From Nitrospinota bacterium (GTDB taxonomy: Bacteria > Nitrospinota_A > UBA7883 > JACRGQ01), in the NCBI GenBank assembly GCA_046754425.1, contig JBHHVT010000006.1, forward strand, positions 1-24,704: a DNA stretch of 24,704 nucleotides, in the 5' to 3' direction. The position numbers and the translations under genes are program-made. Of this stretch, positions 8,739-15,836 are shown in pieces. Under the pieces are notes generated by a model. That model saw nothing but the letters and a program-made list of their open reading frames with translations, did no database searches and had not been told where the DNA came from. Positions within the stretch are counted from its first letter, which is position 1; every line of letters starts with the position of its first letter.

Positions 8739-10187
8739 ATGAGAAAAAAACCGCTTAATATCCTGTTCGGTTCCGCCGAAATAACCCCGTTCGCGAAGGT
8801 CGGCGGACTGGCGGATGTGGCCTCGGCGCTCCCGCGCGCGCTTGCCTCGCTCGGCCACAAACTGGCCGTCGTGACGCCTTACTACGGATGCGTAAAACAA
8901 AAGGGGATAAAACCGACCGGCATAACCGTCAGCGTAAAGATGGGAAACCGTACATTTCGCGGTTCTTTCTGGAAAGGAAGGCTGTCAGAAAATTGCACCA
9001 TCTACTTCCTTCGTCACAACCGTCTGTTCGGCAGGAAAAACCCTTACGGCGATTCGAAGGGAGACTACCTGGATAACGACGAAAGGTTTATCTTTTTCAA
9101 CCGCGCCCTGCTTGAACTGCCGGAACGGATAAGTTTCCGGCCCGATATCGTGCATGTTAACGACTGGCACCTGGGCCTGGCGCCCGCGCTTATTAAGCAT
9201 TCCGCGGCCGGACTCGTGAAACACGCGAAAAGCGTTTTTACGATCCACAACATCGCCTATCAGGGTCTTTTTCCTAAAAAGTCGATGCGGCTTACCTCCC
9301 TTCCGAAATCGCTGTTCAATCCGGTCGGCGTCGAGTGGTACGAAAAACTGGGGATGCTAAAAAGCGGTATCGTCTACGCGGACGCGGTTACAACCGTCAG
9401 CCCGACGTACGCCAAAGAGATACTCACGCCGGAGCTCGGCTTCGGTTTGGAAGGACTGCTCAAAAAGCGGAAAAGCTCCCTTCACGGGATACTTAACGGC
9501 ATCGATACGAAAGAGTGGAACCCCAAAACCGACCGGCTGATACCGCGTAACTACGACGCGGACAATATCGGTAACAAGGCAAAATGCAAAACGGCTTTGC
9601 TGAAAGAGTTCGGCCTGGAAAATCGAACCGGAAGGCCGCTCATCGGGATTGTCTCCCGTATAGTCGAACAAAAGGGATTCGATATTTTACAAAAGGCGGG
9701 CGGCGAACTGATGAAGCAGGACTTTTCGCTGGTCGTCCTCGGAACCGGCCAGCCGGAGCTTGAAAAGTTCCTGCTCGGCCTGCAAAAACGTCATCCGGAA
9801 AGGGTCGGAGTTAAGATCGGCTTCAACAACGCGCTCGCGCACCGCATAGAGGCCGGGAGCGACTTTTTTCTTATGCCTTCGCGTTTCGAGCCGTGCGGCC
9901 TGAACCAGATGTATTCCCTGCGCTACGGCACCGTACCGATAGTGCGTAAAACCGGCGGGCTATGCGACACGGTTAGCCGGTGGAACCCCAAAACCGGCAC
10001 GGGCAGCGGATTCAGATTTTCCAATCCGACGCCGAAAGCGATGCTGGCGGCGCTGAAAAAATCGCTTGCGGCCTACCATGACAGGCGGGGCTGGAAACGG
10101 CTCGTGAAAAACGGAATGAAGCGGGACAACTCGTGGGAAAAATCGGCTCTCCGCTATTCGAAACTTTACCGCAAACTGCTCACCTGA
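8739..10187 (+). CDS. glgA: glycogen synthase (ADP-glucose type, GT5)
   Basis: N-terminal PFAKVGGLADVASALPRALASLGH is the GlgA K-X-G-G-L motif region. The 482-aa length matches. Confidence 0.85.
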   Translation: MRKKPLNILFGSAEITPFAKVGGLADVASALPRALASLGHKLAVVTPYYGCVKQKGIKPTGITVSVKMGNRTFRGSFWKGRLSENCTIYFLRHNRLFGRKNPYGDSKGDYLDNDERFIFFNRALLELPERISFRPDIVHVNDWHLGLAPALIKHSAAGLVKHAKSVFTIHNIAYQGLFPKKSMRLTSLPKSLFNPVGVEWYEKLGMLKSGIVYADAVTTVSPTYAKEILTPELGFGLEGLLKKRKSSLHGILNGIDTKEWNPKTDRLIPRNYDADNIGNKAKCKTALLKEFGLENRTGRPLIGIVSRIVEQKGFDILQKAGGELMKQDFSLVVLGTGQPELEKFLLGLQKRHPERVGVKIGFNNALAHRIEAGSDFFLMPSRFEPCGLNQMYSLRYGTVPIVRKTGGLCDTVSRWNPKTGTGSGFRFSNPTPKAMLAALKKSLAAYHDRRGWKRLVKNGMKRDNSWEKSALRYSKLYRKLLT

Positions 10188-10240
10188 CCACAGAGGACGC
10201 GGAGGAATATCGTAGGGGCGCCGCTCGCTGCGCCCTTCCC

Positions 10241-10265
10241 GGGCAAGGCAAGCCTTGCCCCTGCC
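10241..10265. repeat. palindromic repeat, family B, copy 1 (GGGCAAGGCaaGCCTTGCCCctgcc)
   Basis: Perfect 9-bp stem hairpin in the glgA-RM intergenic region. It matches copy 2 at 24 of 25 positions. A second GC hairpin, GGGCGC-N8-GCGCCC, precedes it at 10216-10235. Confidence 0.7.
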
Positions 10266-10298
10266 AACTGAACCGCACCGTTTGGAAACCACAATGTG

Positions 10299-10307
10299 TG
10301 CTATATT
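10299..10307 (+). promoter_or_regulatory. extended -10 element (TGcTATATT) immediately upstream of the RM gene
   Basis: TGnTATATT lies 15 nt before the ATG at 10322. No Shine-Dalgarno sequence is visible, so it would give a near-leaderless transcript. Confidence 0.35.
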
Positions 10308-10321
10308 TTCGGGCATAAGTA

Positions 10322-13300
10322 ATGAGTAAAAACCCGATAGGCGAATATCTAAAAAATATAGAGCGTTCTCTCAAATCGGGTATCGCCACCGAGCACACTT
10401 ACCGCTCCGCCCTGGAATCCCTTCTTGAAAAACTTGGCGGCAATGATATCAAGGCGGTAAACGAACCGAAGCGCGTGAAGTGCGGCGCGCCGGATTACGT
10501 CGTAACGCGAAGCGAAGCGCCGCTCGGCTACATTGAAGCAAAGGATATCGACGTATCGCTCTCTGATACCGAACGCTCCGAACAGCTAAAACGTTACCGG
10601 GAAGCGCTGGGCAACCTCATCCTCACCAACTACCTGGAATTCCGCTGGTACACTGGCGGCGAGCTCCGCCTTGCGGCAAACCTTGCCGCCATCTCTGGCA
10701 GCGGCACTATCGTTAAGGATAAGGAAGGCGAGAAAAAATTCCATGAACTAATAAACGCCTTTTTTTCCGCCGAGCCGCAGGAAATAAACAACCCGAGGGA
10801 ACTGGCGGACAAAATGGCAAGGCTCGCACAACTCATCAGGAATACCATCCGCGCCGCCTTCGAGGACGAGGATAAAAGCGGACAACTCCACGCCCAGCTT
10901 GCGGGTTTCCGCAAGGTGCTGCTGCACGACCTGACCAATAAACAGTTCGCGGATATGTACGCGCAGACCATCTCATACGGCCTTTTCGCGGCGCGGTGCA
11001 GCCATACCGGCCCGGCCCGTTTTAGCCGCATCAACGCAGCGCACGACCTGCCGAAAACAAACCCCTTTCTCAGAAAGATGTTCGACCAGATCGCCGGAGT
11101 GGGGCTGGATAGCCGCATAGTCTGGGCGGTGGAAGACTTGGCGGAACTTTTAAACCGAGCCGACATCGGCGCCATTTTGAAAGATTTCGGCAGACGAACG
11201 CGGCGCGAAGACCCGGTCGTACATTTTTACGAAACCTTCCTGGCCGCGTACGACCCGAAGATGCGCGAGGCGCGCGGAGTCTATTACACGCCGGAGCCGG
11301 TGGTCTCCTACATCGTAAGAAGCGTTGACCACATCCTGAAAACAGATTTCAAACTCTCAAAAGGCCTCGCGGATTCGAGAAAGGTAAAAGTCAAGACCGG
11401 CGATGGACAAAGCGAAACCGAAGTTCACAAGGTGCAGCTGCTGGACCCGGCGGTCGGCACGGGCACCTTCCTCTACTCCGTGATAGACGAGATACGCGAA
11501 ACGTTTAAGGGCAACAGGGGGATGTGGTCGGGCTATGTTACGGAGCATCTTCTGCCGCGCATCTACGGTTTCGAGCTTTTAATGGCCCCCTACGCGGTGG
11601 CGCACATGAAGCTCGGCCTTCAGCTTTCCGAAAGCGGGTACGATTTTAAAACGGACGAGCGGCTTCAGGTCTACCTTACCAACACGCTGGAAGAGGCCTA
11701 CGAGCTTGCGGGATTGTCGCCATTCGCAAACTGGCTCGGGGAAGAGGCAAACGCCGCAGGCAAGGTAAAAAGGGACACGCCGATCATGGTGGTGCTCGGC
11801 AACCCGCCATACTCCGGCCATTCCGCCAACAAAGGGAAGTGGATAGCGGATTTGCTGAAAGGTTTCGACTCCATGACCCAGAAACCGACCGGCAACTATT
11901 TTGAAGTGGACGGCAAGCCGCTCGGCGAAAGGAACCCAAAATGGCTGAACGACGATTACGTCAAGTTCATCCGCTTCGCGCAGTGGAGGATAGAGCGCAC
12001 AGGCTACGGAGTTCTGGCGTTCATCAGCAACCACGGATACCTGGATAACCCGACCTTCCGGGGGATGAGGCAGAGCCTTATGGAATCGTTCGACGACATC
12101 TACCTGCTTGACCTGCACGGCAACGCGAAAAAGAAGGAAAAATGCCCAGACGGCTCCAAAGACGTAAACGTCTTCGACATACAGCAGGGCGTCTCCATCG
12201 GCATTTTCGTGAAACGAAACGGCGGCGGCAAGGAGGCGGCGGTTCGCCACGCCGACCTCTGGGGCCTGCGCGAAATTTATGAAAAAGAAAAAAAGGGCGG
12301 AAACCTCAGTGGCGGCAAGTACCACTGGCTGAATGAAAACAGCATCGAAACGACTAAATGGAAAAAACTGAAACCTCAATCGCCATTTTACTTTTTCATC
12401 CCACAAGACACCAAACTGCTTGGAGAGTATGAAAAAGGGTGGAAAGTTACGGAGGCAATTCCAATAAATGGTGTGGGCATGACAACAGCAAGAGACCATG
12501 TGGTAATTGATTTCAAAAAAGACCCGATTCTAAAACGAGCCAAACTTTTCAGAGATTCTAAAGATTCCGATGCCAAACTATGCCGACAATTGGCGATACC
12601 GATGAAAAAAGGCTGGAACATAAATAATGCCAGAAACCTTATTGGAAATGAAAAAGATTTAAAAAAGCATATCAAACCTGTTCTGTACCGGCCCTTTGAT
12701 GAACGGTTTATTTTTTACCATGATTCATTAGTCTGGCGCACTGTTAAGCAAGTGATGGGACACATGCTTGCAGGGAAAAATTTAGGCTTGATAGCAAGGA
12801 GACAAATGATTGGGCACCTTATGTCATACTTTTTTGCGAGTAATCGTATTATTGCCGATGGAGTAATCAGATCTGACAATAAAGGTGGAGAGTCTCTTTT
12901 CCCCCTCTACCTATATCCTGACGTATCTAAACAAAAAGATTGGGTCGATGAACAGCCGTCCTCCGCGCCGGGAGGGAGAAGGCCGAACCTTTCAATGGAA
13001 TTTGTGAACGAATTTGAATATCGGCTGGGAATCGAGTTCCGTTCGGACGGAAAAGGCGACCTTAAGAAAACGTTCGGGCCGGAAGACGTATTCGATTACA
13101 TGTACGCTGTTTTCCACTGCCCGACGTACCGGAGCAGGTACGCGGAATTCCTTAAAACCGATTTTCCGCGATTGCCGCTTACATCGAATAAAAAACTTTT
13201 CCGCAAACTGTGCGCGCTCGGCGACGAACTTAAAAAGTTTCACTTAATGGAAAAACAGGGTAAGCCGCTAGCGAAATTCCCCGTGGAGGGCGACTCGATT

Positions 13301-13585
13301 GTCGATAAGGTCCGCTACACCGCCCCCGGCGATGGCGCGAAAAAGGGGCGCGTATGGATAAACAAAACGCAATATTTTGAGGGCGTGCCGCCGGAGGTGT
13401 GGGAGTTCCATATCGGCGGCTATCAGGTCTGCCAAAAGTGGTTGAAGGACCGCAAGGGGCGAAAACTTGAATACAACGACTTTGAGCATTATCAAAACAT
13501 CGTTGCCGCACTAAAGGAAACTATCCGCTTAATGGCGGAGATAGATTCCGCCATAGATTCAAACTCCGGCTGGCCCATCCGGTAA
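10322..13585 (+). CDS. single-polypeptide Type IIL/IIG restriction-modification enzyme, MmeI-like (N-terminal PD-(D/E)xK nuclease fused to gamma-class N6-adenine DNA methyltransferase and a C-terminal specificity region)
   Basis: 1087-aa intact ORF. The N-terminus has GAPDYVV...GYIEAKDID, a PD...(D/E)xK nuclease motif. Methyltransferase motif I is LLDPAVGTGTFLYSV and motif IV is VVLGNPPYSGHS. The large C-terminal region ends in conserved HCPTYRSRYAEFLKTDFPRLP and WEFHIGGYQVCQKWLKDRKGRKL motifs, which I recognise from MmeI/Type ISP-like enzymes. Confidence 0.8.
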   Translation: MSKNPIGEYLKNIERSLKSGIATEHTYRSALESLLEKLGGNDIKAVNEPKRVKCGAPDYVVTRSEAPLGYIEAKDIDVSLSDTERSEQLKRYREALGNLILTNYLEFRWYTGGELRLAANLAAISGSGTIVKDKEGEKKFHELINAFFSAEPQEINNPRELADKMARLAQLIRNTIRAAFEDEDKSGQLHAQLAGFRKVLLHDLTNKQFADMYAQTISYGLFAARCSHTGPARFSRINAAHDLPKTNPFLRKMFDQIAGVGLDSRIVWAVEDLAELLNRADIGAILKDFGRRTRREDPVVHFYETFLAAYDPKMREARGVYYTPEPVVSYIVRSVDHILKTDFKLSKGLADSRKVKVKTGDGQSETEVHKVQLLDPAVGTGTFLYSVIDEIRETFKGNRGMWSGYVTEHLLPRIYGFELLMAPYAVAHMKLGLQLSESGYDFKTDERLQVYLTNTLEEAYELAGLSPFANWLGEEANAAGKVKRDTPIMVVLGNPPYSGHSANKGKWIADLLKGFDSMTQKPTGNYFEVDGKPLGERNPKWLNDDYVKFIRFAQWRIERTGYGVLAFISNHGYLDNPTFRGMRQSLMESFDDIYLLDLHGNAKKKEKCPDGSKDVNVFDIQQGVSIGIFVKRNGGGKEAAVRHADLWGLREIYEKEKKGGNLSGGKYHWLNENSIETTKWKKLKPQSPFYFFIPQDTKLLGEYEKGWKVTEAIPINGVGMTTARDHVVIDFKKDPILKRAKLFRDSKDSDAKLCRQLAIPMKKGWNINNARNLIGNEKDLKKHIKPVLYRPFDERFIFYHDSLVWRTVKQVMGHMLAGKNLGLIARRQMIGHLMSYFFASNRIIADGVIRSDNKGGESLFPLYLYPDVSKQKDWVDEQPSSAPGGRRPNLSMEFVNEFEYRLGIEFRSDGKGDLKKTFGPEDVFDYMYAVFHCPTYRSRYAEFLKTDFPRLPLTSNKKLFRKLCALGDELKKFHLMEKQGKPLAKFPVEGDSIVDKVRYTAPGDGAKKGRVWINKTQYFEGVPPEVWEFHIGGYQVCQKWLKDRKGRKLEYNDFEHYQNIVAALKETIRLMAEIDSAIDSNSGWPIR

Positions 13586-13595
13586 CCCGCTTTAT

Positions 13596-13645
13596 TCATG
13601 AAACGTCCCCTCCTTTTCAAGGAGGGGAATTGAAGGGGTGGTTTT
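13596..13645. repeat. GC-hairpin repeat element, family A, copy 2 (inverted relative to copy 1), a possible terminator for the RM gene
   Basis: catgaaacgtCCCCTCCTTttcAAGGAGGGGaattgaagggg. It lies 11 nt after the RM stop codon. A U-rich tract (GGUUUUCCUUUUCGUUUUU) follows 15 nt downstream. Confidence 0.75.
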
Positions 13646-13774
13646 CCTTTTCGTTTTTAACCCTTCCGCCGGTTACAACAGACCGGTTTACAACTGCCTC
13701 CAAAAGATTTACGCTAAAAATGAAAGGGGTGCGTAATTTTCGCTAAATACAATAAAAGCGGTACGCGAAGAGCA

Positions 13775-14590
13775 ATGGAGATAGTAAGCGACATCCGAAG
13801 GCCCGCCGTGGCGGGCAGTTTTTATCCCGGCGACGCCGGCAGGCTGATGTTCGAGGTTGAAGCGTTCATGTCCGACTCGGAGGTCGAGCCGAGGCGCGCG
13901 CTGGGCGCCATTTCTCCCCACGCCGGTTACTACTATTCCGGCCATGTCGCCGGCGCTCTTTTCGGCGCGCTGGAAGTTCCAGACAGGGTTATTCTGATAG
14001 GACCGAACCATAGCGCAGCCGGCGCGAGGGCCGCGCTCGACGAATCGGGCGGCTGGAGCTTCCCGTTCGGAGTGGTTCCGGTCAACAGGGAGCTTTCCTA
14101 CGCAGTAGCGCGGGAATGTCCATCCGTAGAGTTCGACTCCGCCGCCCACAAGGGGGAGCACTCGCTTGAAGTAATCGTTCCGTTCCTCTACGCGCGCAAC
14201 CCGGATGTATCAATAGCCGCGATGGTTATTTACAGCCATCAGCCGGATCTGCTTTCCGAGATAGCGGAAGGCGTCGCGAAAGCCGCGAAACAAAACAACG
14301 CCCTTGTGGTGGCGAGCAGCGACATGACGCACTACCTTCCAGACAAAACCGTTCGCGAGATAGACGGCAGTACCATTGAAGTGGTGCGCGGGCTCGATTC
14401 CGACGCTCTGCTGGAAAAGGTAAAATCGGATCAGAGCATGTGCGGCGCGGCCGCGGTGTCGGTGACGATGTCGGCCTGCAAAAAAAACGGCGCGAGCCGG
14501 GCGGACCTGGTCAAGTACGCCACGTCGGGGGATATCGAAGGAAAAAGGGATTCGGTTGTCGGCTACGCCGGCTTTATGATCCGCGAATAG
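13775..14590 (+). CDS. MEMO1-family protein (AmmeMemoRadiSam system protein B homolog)
   Basis: N-terminal RRPAVAGSFYPGD, then SPHAGYYYSGHVAGA and a later HSLEV motif, are typical of the Memo/AmmeMemoRadiSam-B dioxygenase-like family. Confidence 0.75.
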   Translation: MEIVSDIRRPAVAGSFYPGDAGRLMFEVEAFMSDSEVEPRRALGAISPHAGYYYSGHVAGALFGALEVPDRVILIGPNHSAAGARAALDESGGWSFPFGVVPVNRELSYAVARECPSVEFDSAAHKGEHSLEVIVPFLYARNPDVSIAAMVIYSHQPDLLSEIAEGVAKAAKQNNALVVASSDMTHYLPDKTVREIDGSTIEVVRGLDSDALLEKVKSDQSMCGAAAVSVTMSACKKNGASRADLVKYATSGDIEGKRDSVVGYAGFMIRE

Positions 14591-15002
14591 CGCTATAGAG
14601 GTTTTTCACAAGAGCGGCCGCATAGGCAAGGCAGAGCAGCCCCACCGCCCAGTTGAAAAAACCGCCGCTTTCGACCCCGATTAGCACAAATTTTACTCCG
14701 AATACCGACAGTACAACCGTTATCAGCGAATAGAGGGCGGCCTTCGCGGCGAAACGGTAGTTCACCAACCCAAGCCTCATGCCGGCGGCGGCAAACCGGA
14801 TTTTTACCGGGTAGAGGTAATAGGCGAATATCTCGCCCAGAGTCGGATTTCGCCGCTCGATCTCCTCCCGGCAGAACATGCATCGCTGGGCCGTCGGAAC
14901 GTTCGGGCATCCGCAGTTCGGGCATTCGACGGTCTCGACTTGTCGGCCGGTTTGACCACTGGATCCGCGGCCCCTGGGTCCGCCCTTATTTTTTCTCCTC
15001 AT
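14574..15002 (-). CDS. hypothetical zinc-ribbon membrane protein
   Basis: 142-aa ORF whose ATG at 15002 follows GGAG. The N-terminal half is basic and contains CPNCGCPN...CMFC (a C4 zinc-ribbon). The C-terminal half has two predicted TM helices. It is co-oriented with and 2 nt downstream of the Hda-like gene. Confidence 0.5.
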   Translation of the reverse strand: MRRKNKGGPRGRGSSGQTGRQVETVECPNCGCPNVPTAQRCMFCREEIERRNPTLGEIFAYYLYPVKIRFAAAGMRLGLVNYRFAAKAALYSLITVVLSVFGVKFVLIGVESGGFFNWAVGLLCLAYAAALVKNLYSAIRGS

Positions 15003-15004
15003 CT

Positions 15005-15721
15005 CTACTCCGAGATTAGCATGCGCCTTATGGGTTGTAAACCGATTCGTTTCGAGCGGTGCTCCAGGGACACGTCAAGACGGCTGACGAACTCCATCAG
15101 TTTTTCGACCGACCTGTGAGAACGCTCCAAAATATATCTGAGCGCGCCCGCGGTAAGCTCTATATTGCTGTCGGCGGCGAGTTTTTTCAATATCGCGGCC
15201 CTAAGTTTTTCATCCGGTTTTTTCAGCTTTACCACCATGCCGGATAATAGCCTGGTGGAGAGGTATTTCGGCAGGAAATGCGCGGCGGCCGGCGACCGGC
15301 TCATCGATATGGCGAGCCTGCCGCCCCTGTCCGCAAGATGGTTGTAGAGGTGGAAGAGCTCATCGTAGAAAATCCTGCTTTTTTGTCCGAGTTCCAGATC
15401 GTCGACGCAGACCGTCTTGTACTTTCGCAGGGACATCATCGCGCGCCTCATCTTGCCGGGGGAAGATGATGCCAGCATTTCACAGGAGACGTAGGCTGCG
15501 TTTTTTCTCGGCTTTTGATTTAAGGCAATCCCTTTTAGGAGGTGGCTCTTGCCGGTTTTCCGTCCTCCCATAATCGTAAGCGAAAACAGACCGGGTCCGT
15601 TCCCGAAAGCGGCCGCCGCCTTCAGGGCAATCCGGTTTTGCGCCGAAGGACAAAAACGGTTTAAGGAGTAAAGCTCCTTTTCCGGCAGTTTTAGCCCGAA
15701 GGAGAGCTGTCTTTGTTTCAT
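15005..15721 (-). CDS. hda: DnaA regulatory inactivator Hda-like AAA+ protein (DnaA paralog)
   Basis: N-terminal QLSFGLKLPEKELYSLNRF aligns with E. coli Hda QLSLPLYLPDDETFASF, the clamp-binding region. A Walker A motif GGRKTGKSHLL is present. The ~238-aa size matches. Confidence 0.65.
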   Translation of the reverse strand: MKQRQLSFGLKLPEKELYSLNRFCPSAQNRIALKAAAAFGNGPGLFSLTIMGGRKTGKSHLLKGIALNQKPRKNAAYVSCEMLASSSPGKMRRAMMSLRKYKTVCVDDLELGQKSRIFYDELFHLYNHLADRGGRLAISMSRSPAAAHFLPKYLSTRLLSGMVVKLKKPDEKLRAAILKKLAADSNIELTAGALRYILERSHRSVEKLMEFVSRLDVSLEHRSKRIGLQPIRRMLISE

Positions 15722-15783
15722 TAACCGGCCGTTACAAGCCGGAATCCTTTATAAAAATTTATTACCAAACCATAAAACATCCG

Positions 15784-15812
15784 TTGACATCCGCGGCGGT
15801 TGCGCTTAACAT
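15784..15812 (+). promoter_or_regulatory. sigma-70-like promoter for mutL (TTGACA-N17-TAACAT)
   Basis: Perfect -35 TTGACA at 15784-15789, a 17-nt spacer, then TAACAT at 15807-15812. This is about 25 nt upstream of the mutL ATG, in the hda-mutL divergent region. Confidence 0.35.
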
Positions 15813-15836
15813 GTGCTGGGGGTATTTTAGCCGCGT

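Noticed and set aside
11579-12499. 306-aa minus-strand ORF, and also 10630..11175, antisense to the RM gene
   Set aside because: Both lie entirely inside the strongly supported RM coding frame. Long antisense ORFs are expected in GC-rich DNA, and these have no recognisable motifs.
12300-12955. Low-GC segment inside the RM gene as an intein or inserted mobile element
   Set aside because: The reading frame is continuous and carries conserved family motifs (YRPFDERFIFYHD). No intein splice-junction or homing-endonuclease motifs are present. It is better explained as a compositionally foreign domain.
13598-13633. 11-codon mini-ORF (MKRPLLFKEGN) spanning the family-A hairpin, conserved in both copies
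   Set aside because: Its conservation is an automatic consequence of the repeat being copied. It has no RBS and its coding sequence is the stem-loop itself.
1-13645. Inverted family-A repeats as terminal inverted repeats of a 13.6-kb composite mobile element
   Set aside because: The intervening DNA encodes core housekeeping genes (aroK, aroC, coaE, maf, glgA) and no transposase or integrase. The repeats sit in terminator-like positions just 3' of genes, so a REP-like or terminator element is more parsimonious.
14593-14925. 110-aa ORF on the same strand as, and nested within, the zinc-ribbon gene in another frame
   Set aside because: It has no motifs and its composition is biased. The 142-aa frame has a GGAG RBS, a zinc-ribbon and TM helices.
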